Origin: an uncultured Gammaproteobacteria bacterium
GTDB lineage: Bacteria > Pseudomonadota > Gammaproteobacteria > QNFN01
Assembly (NCBI GenBank): GCA_964195335.1
Contig: CAXMPC010000068.1
Location: 1 to 59,907, forward strand
DNA: 59,907 bases
Reading direction: 5' to 3'
Shown here piece after piece: positions 32,588 to 42,541 of this stretch. The position numbers and the translations under genes are program-made. Under the pieces are notes generated by a model. It saw nothing but the letters and a program-made list of their open reading frames with translations. It did not search any database and was not told where the DNA came from. How positions within the stretch are numbered: the first letter of the stretch is position 1; every line of letters begins with the position of its first letter.

Positions 32588-34171
32588 TCACTTCACCTGC
32601 GGTGGGGTGGTGAAGCTGTGGTACGGCGGCGGCGAACTGATCGTCCACTCGAGCCCGTGCGCGCCCTCCCAAACCGTGTCGGTGGCCTTGGCCCCACCGC
32701 GGATGGTCCGCACCAGCAGGACCAGGAACAGCAATTGCGAAAAGCCGAACATGAACGCACCTATCGACGACAGCATGTTGAAGTCGGCGAACTGCAGCGC
32801 GTAGTCCGGAATCCGCCGCGGCATCCCGGCGAGCCCGGTGAAATGCATCGGGAAGAAGGTGAGGTTGACGCCGATCACCGACAACCAGAAGTGCCAGTTG
32901 GCAAGCTTCATGCTGTACATGTTGCCAGTCCATTTAGGCAGCCAGTAGTAGACCCCGGACATGATCCCGAACACCGCGCCCGGGACCAGCACATAGTGGA
33001 AGTGAGCAACGACGAAGTAGGTGTCGTGGTACTGGAAATCGGCCGGCACGATCGCCAGCATCAGCCCGGAAAAGCCGCCAATCGTGAACAGCACGACGAA
33101 CGCCAGCGCAAACAGCATCGGCGGTTCGAAGGTCAGCGAGCCGCGCCATATGGTCGACACCCAGTTGAACACCTTCACCCCGGTCGGTATGGCGATCAGC
33201 ATGGTCGTGTACATGAAGAACAGTTCGCCGGCAACCGGCATGCCGACCGCGAACATGTGATGCGCCCAGACGATGAACGACAACCCGGCGATCGAGGCGA
33301 TCGCGATGATCATCGAAGTGCGGCCGAATATTTTCTTGCGGGCAAACGCGGGGATGATCTCGGAGACGATCCCGAACGCCGGCAGGATCATGATGTAAAC
33401 CTCGGGATGACCGAAGAACCAGAACACGTGCTGGAACATCACCGGGTCGCCACCGCCCGCGGCATCGAAAAAGCTGGTACCGAAATGACGGTCGGTCAGC
33501 AGCATCGTTACCGCACCGGCGAGCACCGGCATGGCGGCGATCAACAGGAAAGCCGTGATGAACCATGACCAGACGAACAGCGGCATCTTCATCAGCGTCA
33601 TCCCCGGCGCGCGCAGGTTGAGGATGGTCGCAATGATATTGATCGCCCCGAGAATCGACGAGATCCCCATCATGTGCACCGACAGTATGAAAAAGTCGGT
33701 GCTCGGCGGCCCGAAGGTGCTCGACAGTGGCGCGTAGAAGGTCCAGCCGAAGGCCGGTGCCCCCCCCTCCATGAACAGGGTGCTGAGCAGTGTCAGGAAC
33801 GCGAACGGCAGGATCCAGAAGCTCCAGTTGTTGAGCCGCGGGAAGGCCATGTCCTGCGCGCCGAGCATCATCGGGATCTGCCAGTTGGCCAGTCCGACGA
33901 ACGCCGGCATCACCGCACCGAAGACCATGATCAGCCCGTGCATCGTGGTCATCTGGTTGAAGAAATGTGGATCGACGAATTGCAGGCCGGGCTGGAACAA
34001 CTCGGTGCGAATCACCAGCGCCATGGTTCCACCGATCAGGAACATCAGGAAGCTGAACCAGAGATACAGCGTGCCGATGTCCTTGTGATTGGTGGTGAAC
34101 AGCCAGCGGGTAATGCCGTAAGGCTTACCGTGATGGTCGTCGTGCTGCATTTCGTGGGACGTCACACTCAT
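32588..34171 (-). CDS. coxA: Cytochrome c oxidase subunit I (aa3 type)
   Basis: Start at ATG 34171 (MSVTSHEM). All six canonical histidines are present: H78, H255 in [10 protein letters not shown]304/H305 and H390/H392. Confidence 0.95.
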   Translation of the reverse strand: MSVTSHEMQHDDHHGKPYGITRWLFTTNHKDIGTLYLWFSFLMFLIGGTMALVIRTELFQPGLQFVDPHFFNQMTTMHGLIMVFGAVMPAFVGLANWQIPMMLGAQDMAFPRLNNWSFWILPFAFLTLLSTLFMEGGAPAFGWTFYAPLSSTFGPPSTDFFILSVHMMGISSILGAINIIATILNLRAPGMTLMKMPLFVWSWFITAFLLIAAMPVLAGAVTMLLTDRHFGTSFFDAAGGGDPVMFQHVFWFFGHPEVYIMILPAFGIVSEIIPAFARKKIFGRTSMIIAIASIAGLSFIVWAHHMFAVGMPVAGELFFMYTTMLIAIPTGVKVFNWVSTIWRGSLTFEPPMLFALAFVVLFTIGGFSGLMLAIVPADFQYHDTYFVVAHFHYVLVPGAVFGIMSGVYYWLPKWTGNMYSMKLANWHFWLSVIGVNLTFFPMHFTGLAGMPRRIPDYALQFADFNMLSSIGAFMFGFSQLLFLVLLVRTIRGGAKATDTVWEGAHGLEWTISSPPPYHSFTTPPQVK

Positions 34172-34193
34172 TTGTCCGGGCTCCTGATGTGCA

Positions 34194-35315
34194 CTAGCGT
34201 GCCGCCTTGACCTGCGCGGGCTGGACCGCGTCACCCGTCGCGTTGCTCCACGAATTGCGTTCGTAGGTGATGACAGCCGCCAGGTCACTGTCGCTCAACT
34301 GCGCAGCAAAAGCCTGCATCGCTGTACCGGTCTTGCCTTGCATGACGATCTCCAGGTGAGCCTCCAACGGGCCGATGGCGATCGCGCTGCCATCAAGCGC
34401 CGGGAACGCTCCGGGCACGCCCATGCCGGTCACCTGGTGACAGGCAACACAGGCACGGCCATAGACCTCCGCGCCCTGTTGCATCAGCCGCTCCATGGTC
34501 CAGGTTTCCTCGGCCGCCTGCTGGGCGGCGACCACCGCCTGCTTTTGATCGGCGACCCAGCTGTTGAAATCGGCCTCCGAGCGCGCGTCGATGACCACCG
34601 GCATGAAGCCATGGTTGATGCCACACAGTTCGGCACACTGGCCGCGGTAGATGCCCGGTTCGTCGATGGTCGCCCACGAGGCGTTAATGAAGCCCGGCAC
34701 CGCATCCCGCTTGACCCCGAGATCGGGCGACCAGAAGGAGTGAATGACGTCGTTGGAGGTGATCAGGAAGCGGATCTTCTTGTTGACCGGCACCACCATC
34801 GGATTGTCGACCTCGAGCAGGTAGTGTTCACTTTTTTCCTGGGTGTTATTGATCTGCTCCGGCGGCGTGGCCAGGTTGCTGAAGAAACCGATGTCATGAT
34901 CGAGGTAGTCGTACTTCCACTTCCACTGGTAGCCGGTAACCTGGATGGTGATGTCCGGATCGCCGGAGTCCTCGATCGCCAGCAGCGTACGCGTTGCAGG
35001 AATGGCCATCCCAACCAGGATCAGGAACGGAATCACCGTCCACAGCACCTCGATCGTCACGTTCTCGTGAAAATGCGCTGCCTTGGCCCCGGCCGACTTG
35101 CGGTGCTTGAATATCGAGTAAAACATCAACCCGAACACGACCACACCGATCACCACGCAAACCCAGGTGATCAACATGTGCAGGTCGTAGATTTCGCGGC
35201 TGAGAGTGGTCACCCCCTGCCGCATGTTCAGTGACGAGTCGGCCAGCGTGACCGCGGGCAGCAGCGCCGTGACAACGACGAGCGCGCGGGCGGCCATTCG
35301 CAAGAATGCCATCAT
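34194..35315 (-). CDS. coxB: Cytochrome c oxidase subunit II with a fused C-terminal monoheme cytochrome c
   Basis: Start at ATG 35315 with AAAGG upstream. CuA motif HSFW...[12 protein letters not shown] and a C-terminal CVACH heme c site. Confidence 0.9.
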   Translation of the reverse strand: MMAFLRMAARALVVVTALLPAVTLADSSLNMRQGVTTLSREIYDLHMLITWVCVVIGVVVFGLMFYSIFKHRKSAGAKAAHFHENVTIEVLWTVIPFLILVGMAIPATRTLLAIEDSGDPDITIQVTGYQWKWKYDYLDHDIGFFSNLATPPEQINNTQEKSEHYLLEVDNPMVVPVNKKIRFLITSNDVIHSFWSPDLGVKRDAVPGFINASWATIDEPGIYRGQCAELCGINHGFMPVVIDARSEADFNSWVADQKQAVVAAQQAAEETWTMERLMQQGAEVYGRACVACHQVTGMGVPGAFPALDGSAIAIGPLEAHLEIVMQGKTGTAMQAFAAQLSDSDLAAVITYERNSWSNATGDAVQPAQVKAAR

Positions 35316-35683
35316 TGCAGAACCTTTCTGACGGTTGAGTGCGCAAGATGAGGACGATTTCGGACTGAGCACGCGCTACTCATTTGACGATAGAGGAGAT
35401 CGAGCCGCGTCATCGGCGGTGAGAGATTGGTGCAGGTTGTGCCTGGCGTGAAGAAAATTGAACGCCAGATATCACTTCAAAGCCGGGCTCCACAAAGATG
35501 TACTCGGGATACCGTTGAACGTGCAGGAGCCAAGCGGGTACTGGCAGCATGATCATGGCCGGAGTCTAGGCGGAACGGAATGCGCCGTCGACGAACGCGA
35601 GCCTTTTTACTGCTTCAGATCAAAATGTAGTCAACGTCGGATGGATTACGCTCAAGCCGCTCGCCAGGCCGGGAGGGCACCGC

Positions 35684-37057
35684 TTAGCTGCGCGTCGGCT
35701 GCCGGGAGTGCATCGCCGAGTAGCAGACCACCAGAAACAGCAGCATGCCGATAACCGCCAGCAGCCGGCCGAGGTCGCTCAGGCTGGCGGCGACAGCGTG
35801 CCCGGCACCGTCATTGAGCGATTCTTCGAGCAGTGCTGACCAGATCGGCCCAGCGACCAGCAGCAACTGCCCACCGGCATAGAGCCACGGCTGAACCCGT
35901 GCCAGCCGTCCCTCCGGCGCACGGTAGCCAAGCCGCGGCAACAGGAGGTAGGTAACCCCCATCAGCGCCAGGGTCACGCCACCGATGACACCCTGTGAGT
36001 GCGCCGGGGTCACCGCGTTGAAACCGGCGATCAGCCAGCCGATGCCACCGCCGATGCCTAGCAACAGCAGCGAAGCGTAGAGCGCCGAGCGTGCCGGTCG
36101 ATCAGTCAGGTCCGCGCGCGGTCCGGTCAGGATGCCAAGCAACACCATCAGGCCGACCGGCACGGCGGGCCACAGGCTGCCCCAACGCATCAGCGTGGTG
36201 TACAGGGCCCGCTGCTCGCCGGAACCGGCGACGTGCATGATCTCGATCAGCGGTACGCCGAGGAATGGAAGCACGCCGCTCAACAGCAGCATGGTCGTCA
36301 CCCGCGGACCGCCGAACAGGCGCAGGCCGGTACCGGCGGCGAGCCAGATCCAGCCGGTCAATGCCAGCGCCGCGTAGGCGAACTGCAACACGTGGCCGGT
36401 GGGCCAGAACATGATCTCGTAGCGCAGCAACGGATTGCCGATCACCGGCATCTTCAAGCCGGTTCGCGCGGCGGTGAACGCGGCCAGTACGGTCGCGCAG
36501 GCGACCAGCAGCAATCCGGCGGAGACCGGGTTGCGGTGCGCCGCCTCGAGGCCGCCTTGCATGCAGAGGAAGGCGCGCAAGGCGATGCCCACGGCGAACA
36601 GTGCCAGACCGCCGAGGAACAGCGGACTGGCCAGCACCGGGATGTAGCTGCTGAGCACCGGCATGCCGGTGCCGGTAAACGGCGTCGCCAAGATAAACGC
36701 GGTGCCGGTGGCGGCCAGGGCGAAGGCGCGCCTGCCCCAGGTGCCACGTGGCCCGTCGCGCAGCGTCCACAGGAAACCGGAAAAGGCGAGGAACCAGACC
36801 AGCACCGAGAGATCGGCATGGATGACCAGGGCGAGACGGAACAGGTTACCGTCGGGCAGCCACTCCTGCGCCCCGGGAATGCGCAAAATTACCAGCAGTA
36901 CCGCGAACAGGCCGGCCACAGCGAACGCCGCCAGCCCGAGGAGCAGCCAGCGCCGGGCCGCTGGCAGGTGGGCGTCGGGTACGGCGATGGCCCAGCCACC
37001 ACTGCTAGAATGCGCGGGCTCGGCCGCCGAATCAGAGTTATTTTCCATGGGCGCCAT
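35684..37057 (-). CDS. Polytopic membrane protein with degenerate heme-copper oxidase subunit I-like motifs
   Basis: About 457 aa and about 12 hydrophobic segments. LVIHADLSVLVWF, FWPTGHVLQF (compare WFFGHPEVY), IEIMHVAG and TPAHSQGVIGG fall in HCO-like order. Start is ambiguous (TTG 37069, ATG 37057 or ATG 37048). Confidence 0.5.
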   Translation of the reverse strand: MAPMENNSDSAAEPAHSSSGGWAIAVPDAHLPAARRWLLLGLAAFAVAGLFAVLLVILRIPGAQEWLPDGNLFRLALVIHADLSVLVWFLAFSGFLWTLRDGPRGTWGRRAFALAATGTAFILATPFTGTGMPVLSSYIPVLASPLFLGGLALFAVGIALRAFLCMQGGLEAAHRNPVSAGLLLVACATVLAAFTAARTGLKMPVIGNPLLRYEIMFWPTGHVLQFAYAALALTGWIWLAAGTGLRLFGGPRVTTMLLLSGVLPFLGVPLIEIMHVAGSGEQRALYTTLMRWGSLWPAVPVGLMVLLGILTGPRADLTDRPARSALYASLLLLGIGGGIGWLIAGFNAVTPAHSQGVIGGVTLALMGVTYLLLPRLGYRAPEGRLARVQPWLYAGGQLLLVAGPIWSALLEESLNDGAGHAVAASLSDLGRLLAVIGMLLFLVVCYSAMHSRQPTRS

Positions 37058-38057
37058 TGTAAGCAACAAACGTGTGCGACTGCGCCTGCCGGCGCTGCTG
37101 CTGACAGCACTCGCCCTCGCCGTCGTGACCTTCGGTGCCTACGTCCGCCTCTCCAACGCCGGTCTCGCCTGCCCCGACTGGCCCGGTTGCTACGGCCAAC
37201 TGACGGTCCCCCAGGCGGAAACCCTGCCGGCTGACGATCCGTTGCTGCAGGTGCGAAAGCTCGAGCCAGCCAAGGCGTGGAAGGAGATGGGCCACCGCTA
37301 CCTGGCTGCAACCCTCGGCCTCGGTATCGTCATCGTCGCCGCGGTCGCGCTGCGCCGGCGCGGATTCGCCGCGTCACGGTTGCCGCTGGCGCTGGTAGTC
37401 CTGGTGGTGCTCCAGGGACTGCTCGGCATGTGGACGGTGACCCTGCTGGTCAAGCCGGCCATCGTCACCCTGCACCTGCTCGGCGGCTTGGCGACAACCG
37501 CCCTGCTCTGGTGGCTCTACCTCGTGGAAGGCGGCGCTCGGGGCTACCCCAAGCCGCTCGGGTGGCTACGCCACTGGGCCTGGCTGGCACTCGCTCTGCT
37601 GGTGGTCCAGATCATGCTGGGAGGCTGGACCAGCACCAACTACGCGGCATTGAGTTGCACCGAGTTCCCGACCTGCCTTGGCGGTCGCTACCTGCCACCA
37701 GCCGATTTTGGCGAGGCGTTCGTCCTCTGGCGCGGCACCGGCACCAATTACGAATTCGGTGTGCTCGACGCCGAGGCGCGCACCGCCATCCACCTGGCAC
37801 ACCGCTTCGGCGCGCTGGTGGTGCTGGCGATCATCGGCGGGCTGGTGGCGGCGCTGCTGGGACGGCCGGCGCTGCGCGGGCCGGGACTGCTGCTCGGCGG
37901 TCTGCTGCTGGTACAGGTCGGCCTCGGCATCGCCAACATCATCGGCGGCCTGCCGCTGGTCTCCGCGGTGGCGCACAACGGCAACGCCGTGCTGCTGGTA
38001 CTGACGCTGCTGACCGTGCTGTGGAGGCTGCGCGCGCCGCCGGACGCGTTCGACTAG
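37047..38057 (+). CDS. ctaA: Heme A synthase (COX15/CtaA)
   Basis: ATG 37047 (alternative GTG 37074). TM-rich, with FGAYVRLSNAGLACPDWPGC and conserved His residues (HRYLA, HLLGG, HLAHR, AHNG). Confidence 0.85.
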   Translation: MGAIVSNKRVRLRLPALLLTALALAVVTFGAYVRLSNAGLACPDWPGCYGQLTVPQAETLPADDPLLQVRKLEPAKAWKEMGHRYLAATLGLGIVIVAAVALRRRGFAASRLPLALVVLVVLQGLLGMWTVTLLVKPAIVTLHLLGGLATTALLWWLYLVEGGARGYPKPLGWLRHWAWLALALLVVQIMLGGWTSTNYAALSCTEFPTCLGGRYLPPADFGEAFVLWRGTGTNYEFGVLDAEARTAIHLAHRFGALVVLAIIGGLVAALLGRPALRGPGLLLGGLLLVQVGLGIANIIGGLPLVSAVAHNGNAVLLVLTLLTVLWRLRAPPDAFD

Positions 38058-38839
38058 AAGCCGCGTGCCTCGCGCACCGCCTCGTAGGCCTGGCGGATCT
38101 CGTGGGTCTTCTGGGTCGCCATTTTCATCATCTCTTCGGGCAGCCCCTTGGCGACCAGCTTGTCCGGGTGGTGCTGGCTCATCAGCCGCCGGTAGGCACG
38201 CTTGACCTCGGCATCGGTGGCCGTTTGATCGACGCCGAGAATGGCGTAGGCGTCGCTGAGGATCGGGCGCTGGGTCGGGCGGGTCTGCTGATGATGGTTC
38301 CCGGCGCGGAACATCGCCTCGAGGGCGTCCAACTCGGCACGCGCCAGGCCGAGGTGATCGCAGATCCGCTCCAGCACCCGCCGCTCGGCGGTGTGCAGGT
38401 TGCCGTCGGCCAGTGCCGCCTGCAGCTGGATCTCAAGAAACATGCGCAGCAGGTTGCGTCGCCGGTGGGCCTCGCGACGGAACTGGTCGAGGACGTCGTC
38501 GAGCGGGAAGTCGGCCCGCTTGCCCTCGTTGAAGAGTTTCCTGGCCGCCTGGCGCATCTGCGTCGCCAGGTCCATCCGCGCCATGACCCCCTCGGCCAGC
38601 GCGATCTCGTCACGGGTGACCTGGCCGTCGGCCTTGGCCATGTGACCCATGACCGAGAAGGTGGCGGTGAAGAAAGCGAGCTGCACCCGCTCGGTGTCGC
38701 CGGGTGCACTACGTTCATAGCCGACCCGCTTCACTCCCTTGTCGAACTGGTGACCGAAGGCCGCACCGAGGACGGCGCCCAGGGCACCGCCGAACATGAA
38801 TCCGAACGTTCCACCGATCACCTTGCCCCACCAGCTCAT
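38054..38839 (-). CDS. djlA: Co-chaperone DjlA
   Basis: ATG 38839 with GGAGG upstream. N-terminal TM helix (MSWWGKVIGGTFGFMFGG), TerB-like middle region and a C-terminal J domain with HPDK. Confidence 0.85.
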   Translation of the reverse strand: MSWWGKVIGGTFGFMFGGALGAVLGAAFGHQFDKGVKRVGYERSAPGDTERVQLAFFTATFSVMGHMAKADGQVTRDEIALAEGVMARMDLATQMRQAARKLFNEGKRADFPLDDVLDQFRREAHRRRNLLRMFLEIQLQAALADGNLHTAERRVLERICDHLGLARAELDALEAMFRAGNHHQQTRPTQRPILSDAYAILGVDQTATDAEVKRAYRRLMSQHHPDKLVAKGLPEEMMKMATQKTHEIRQAYEAVREARGF

Positions 38840-38888
38840 GCCCACCCTCCATTCCGGTTTCGCGACAGCATAACAAGTGGCGGCGCCC

Positions 38889-39365
38889 TCAGTCGGCCCT
38901 GGCCGCCAGGTAACGGGAAACGATGGCGTAGGCCGTGTCGTAGGCTGCCGGATGGCCGCTGGCGCGTGGACCGGCGACATTGAGGACGCCGACGTGACGG
39001 GTATCGACGAAGGCTGCCAGCTGCGCGACGGCCTGGTCGATGCTGCATTCGTCGGCGTCGATCACCAGCGGCGGACGCCCCAACCGCTGACAATCGGCCA
39101 GGGTCGCCGCCGTGCCTCCGCTCGGGGCTCCAAAAGTAATGATCAGCGTGGCGTCGCTGTCACGCACGTTCTGCCGCGTGCGCTGACGATAACCACCCTC
39201 CGGAAGCTCGCGCAGCGGGTAGCGCTCCGGAATGTCACCATCCTCGGCAAGGCGACCTTGCGGACACCAGCCACCGCACGGGCAACCATGATCGAGTGCC
39301 GCGTCGAGGGCACCCCGGTCGACCCCGGTCTGGCCACCGGAAACGATACGAAACAAGCTGCTCAT
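38889..39365 (-). CDS. Putative molybdenum carrier family protein (YpsA/SLOG-like)
   Basis: 158 aa. IVSGGQTGVDRGALDAALDHGCPCGGWCPQGRLAEDG and RYPLRE match the MoCo-carrier family pattern. Confidence 0.75.
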   Translation of the reverse strand: MSSLFRIVSGGQTGVDRGALDAALDHGCPCGGWCPQGRLAEDGDIPERYPLRELPEGGYRQRTRQNVRDSDATLIITFGAPSGGTAATLADCQRLGRPPLVIDADECSIDQAVAQLAAFVDTRHVGVLNVAGPRASGHPAAYDTAYAIVSRYLAARAD

Positions 39366-39456
39366 CGCCTCCAGCTCAAGCCTCCGTGCCTGCGATCCGA
39401 ACTGCTATAGTAGCGCGGCGCGCGGCGGCCGCCGCGCCAACCACCATTGCAGATCG

Positions 39457-41565
39457 ATGCCAGCCACGATGGGAAGCGACGACGACCACGGCATGACCGG
39501 AGAGAACGTCAACGACGCCACCACGGCACAACTGCTGCACGCCGTCGCGCACACCGACGACATGGTCCTGCTGCTCGACGACCAGGGCCGCATCACCTAC
39601 GCCAACGAACGCGCCGTCGCCATCTACGGCCACTCGCGCGACCAACTGCTCGCACTGACCATCCACGACCTCGATCCCGATTTCCCGGCCAGCACCTGGG
39701 AACAACACTGGGCCAGCCTGAAACGCTGCGGCACACTGACCGTCAACGTCCGTCACCGGACCCGCGATGGCCACCTCCTGCCGGTCGAGTTGAAAGATAC
39801 CCTGGTCGAGCTCGACGGCAGGGTGTATTCGATCGTCGTCGTCCGCGACCTGTCGCACCGACCGGGCAGCGAAGAGCGCGCCCAACTGATGAAATTCTCG
39901 GTCGACCACATCGACGAATCGGTCTTCTGGATCGGCCCGGACGCACGCGTGGTCTACGCCAACGACGCCGCTTGCCGCAACCTCGACTACGCCAGTGACG
40001 AACTGATCGGCCTGTCGGTCAGCGAACTCGACCCCAACTTTCCCGAGGAGATCTGGCCGCTGCACTGGGAGGAGCTCAAGGAGCGCCAACGCCTGCACTT
40101 CGAGACTCATCACCAGCGCCGCGACGGTTCGATCTACCCGGTCGAGGTGACCGCTAACTTCATCCAGATCGGCGAGCGTGAGTTCAACTGCGCCTTCACC
40201 CGCGACATCACCGAGCGCAAGGCGGCCGAAGGACAGCTGCGCAAGATGGCGACCCACGATTCGCTGACCGGGCTGCCCAACCGCACGCTGCTCGGCGACC
40301 GCATCGACCGCGCGCTCAGCTACGCGGCACGCTACGACTCCCGTATCGCCGTGCTGTTCCTGAACATCGACCGCATGCAGCAGGTCAACATGGACCACGG
40401 CCACCCGATGGGTGACCAGGCACTCGCCGCCGTCGCCAAGCGCCTGCAGACCCCGCTGCGCAGTATCGACACCGTGGCCCGTTGGAGTGGCGACACCTTC
40501 GTCGTGTTGATCCCGGACCTGGTGGAACCGGAATACGCCGGCGACGTCGCCCAGAGGATGCTCGACGCCCTGCACCTGCCACTGACCATCGACAGCATCT
40601 CGCTTTCGCTTACCGCGAGCATCGGCATCGCGCTATACGCACAGGACGGTCACGACCCCGAAACGCTGTTCAAGAACGCCGACATCGCCATGTACCGGGC
40701 CAAGGAACTGGGTGGCGACTCGATGCAGTACTTCAGCGCCGACCTAGACCCGGACACCGCGGATCACATCGCGCGCCTGCTCGAGCTACGTCAGGCGATT
40801 CGCAACGATCAGCTGAGCCTTCATTACCAACCGATCATCGATGCCAGTGACGGCCGCCTGGTGGGTATCGAGGCGCTGGTCCGCTGGGACCATCCGACGC
40901 AGGGCCTGCTGCTGCCCACGGCGTTCCTCGACACGGCCGAGGAGTCCGGCCTGATCATCGAACTCGGCCAATACGTCCTCAAGGCCGGTTGCGCGCAACT
41001 GCGCGCCTGGCGCGACGCCGGACTGCAGGTGCCTACGCTGACCATCAACCTGTCGCTGCGCCAGTTGCGCGATACCGAGTTGATCCATACCGTGCAGCAA
41101 GCCCTGGAGCACCACGGCCTGCAGCCGGGCGATCTGGTGTTCGATCTGCCGCCGAGCCTGTTGGCCAGCGACGGTGGGCTGCTGCTCAAATCCGTAAAGG
41201 AACTGATTGGACTCGGTTCCGGGTTCGCATTTGATGACATCGGTCGCTCGGCAACCCATCTTCACGTGCTGCAGCAGCTCTCGCGCGGCACGGTGAAACT
41301 CGACTCACGGCTGATCGCCTCGCTCGAAAAAGAGGAGGACACCCTGGCGTTGGTCGATGCCCTGACCCGTGCCGCGCACCGACTGGGCACACAGGTGTTG
41401 GCCGAAGGGGTTGAGAATACCGCCCAGCTCGAGCAGGTCCGCTCCCTCGGCTGCGACCTGGTCACCGGGTTCTTCACCGCACGCCCGATGCCGGCCGAAG
41501 AGGTCGCCGACTGGATCGGCCATCGTGCCGAAACGGCGCTCAACGAAAAAGTGACCGAAGGCTGA
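39457..41565 (+). CDS. PAS-PAS-GGDEF-EAL signalling protein (GGDEF motif degenerate)
   Basis: 702 aa with two PAS repeats. GGDEF domain carries SGDTF in place of GG(D/E)EF but keeps RSID (RxxD). EAL domain has EALVRW, DDIG, KLD and EGVE. Confidence 0.9.
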   Translation: MPATMGSDDDHGMTGENVNDATTAQLLHAVAHTDDMVLLLDDQGRITYANERAVAIYGHSRDQLLALTIHDLDPDFPASTWEQHWASLKRCGTLTVNVRHRTRDGHLLPVELKDTLVELDGRVYSIVVVRDLSHRPGSEERAQLMKFSVDHIDESVFWIGPDARVVYANDAACRNLDYASDELIGLSVSELDPNFPEEIWPLHWEELKERQRLHFETHHQRRDGSIYPVEVTANFIQIGEREFNCAFTRDITERKAAEGQLRKMATHDSLTGLPNRTLLGDRIDRALSYAARYDSRIAVLFLNIDRMQQVNMDHGHPMGDQALAAVAKRLQTPLRSIDTVARWSGDTFVVLIPDLVEPEYAGDVAQRMLDALHLPLTIDSISLSLTASIGIALYAQDGHDPETLFKNADIAMYRAKELGGDSMQYFSADLDPDTADHIARLLELRQAIRNDQLSLHYQPIIDASDGRLVGIEALVRWDHPTQGLLLPTAFLDTAEESGLIIELGQYVLKAGCAQLRAWRDAGLQVPTLTINLSLRQLRDTELIHTVQQALEHHGLQPGDLVFDLPPSLLASDGGLLLKSVKELIGLGSGFAFDDIGRSATHLHVLQQLSRGTVKLDSRLIASLEKEEDTLALVDALTRAAHRLGTQVLAEGVENTAQLEQVRSLGCDLVTGFFTARPMPAEEVADWIGHRAETALNEKVTEG

Positions 41566-41581
41566 TCTGCCGCTCGCGACA

Positions 41582-42508
41582 ATGCGCCGTACCGCCTACC
41601 TGACCCACGCCGACTGCCACCGCCACGCCATGTTCGATGGCCACCCGGAGGCGCCGTCACGCCTTGGTGCGATCGAGGACCGGCTGATCGCCAGCGGCCT
41701 GCTCGACCTGCTGCGCTACCACGAAGCGATCCCGGCCACGCGCGACCAACTGGCCCGGGTCCACAGCGAGGCCCACCTCGACCGTCTCGAGGCACTGGCG
41801 CCGACCGACGACGAGCTGGCCGAGGTCGATCCCGACACCTGGATGAATGCAGCTACCCTCGACGCCGCCCATCGTGCCGCCGGGGCGGTGGTACGCGCCG
41901 TCGACCTGGTGCTCGCAGGCGAAGCCGACAACGCCTTCTGCAATGTCCGTCCGCCAGGTCACCACGCCGAACGCCACCAGGCGATGGGCTTCTGCTTCTA
42001 CAACAACATCGCCGTTGGTGCCGCCCACGCGCTGGCCGCCCACGGCCTGAAGCGCGTGGCCATTGCCGACTTCGACGTCCATCATGGCAACGGCACCGAG
42101 GTGATCTTCGCCGACACCAGCCAGGTACTGGTCTGCTCGACCTACCAGCACCCGTTCTACCCCTACACCGCCCCGCTCGAACGGGAGACACTGATCCACT
42201 GTCCACTGCCTGCGGGTACCGGCGGCATGGGCTTCCGCGCCGCGGTTGAAGAGCATTGGCTGCCGGCCATCGACGCCTTCGCCCCCGAGCTGATTCTGGT
42301 GTCGGCCGGGTTTGACGCCCATCTCGAGGATGACATGGGCGGCATGCAGCTTGTGGAGTCGGACTACGCCTGGGTCACCAGCGAACTGGTCGAACTGGCG
42401 GCGCGCCACGCCAATGGGCGCCTGGTTTCGGCGCTCGAGGGGGGCTACGCCCTGTCGGCACTCGGTCGCAGCGCCGCGGTGCACGTGCGGGCGATGTTGG
42501 GTATCTAG
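41582..42508 (+). CDS. Histone deacetylase family (Zn-dependent) deacetylase
   Basis: 308 aa with PPGHHAE, DFDVHHGNGT, SAGFDAH and EGGY motifs. Confidence 0.9.
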   Translation: MRRTAYLTHADCHRHAMFDGHPEAPSRLGAIEDRLIASGLLDLLRYHEAIPATRDQLARVHSEAHLDRLEALAPTDDELAEVDPDTWMNAATLDAAHRAAGAVVRAVDLVLAGEADNAFCNVRPPGHHAERHQAMGFCFYNNIAVGAAHALAAHGLKRVAIADFDVHHGNGTEVIFADTSQVLVCSTYQHPFYPYTAPLERETLIHCPLPAGTGGMGFRAAVEEHWLPAIDAFAPELILVSAGFDAHLEDDMGGMQLVESDYAWVTSELVELAARHANGRLVSALEGGYALSALGRSAAVHVRAMLGI

Positions 42509-42541
42509 CCGGAAACGCCCGACACGGGATGGCACCGGTTC

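Noticed and set aside
35458-35754. 98-aa ORF in the 368-bp lower-GC region upstream of coxB
   Set aside because: It has a TTG start with no SD, runs into the 3' end of the convergent membrane gene, and has non-coding-like composition. The region is more plausibly the cox promoter and leader.
37277-38983. 568-aa plus-strand ORF
   Set aside because: It runs out of frame through ctaA and then antisense through djlA. The product is rich in Arg, Gly and Ala and has no motifs.
39376-40575. 399-aa minus-strand ORF
   Set aside because: It is antisense to the PAS-GGDEF region of a clearly real gene.
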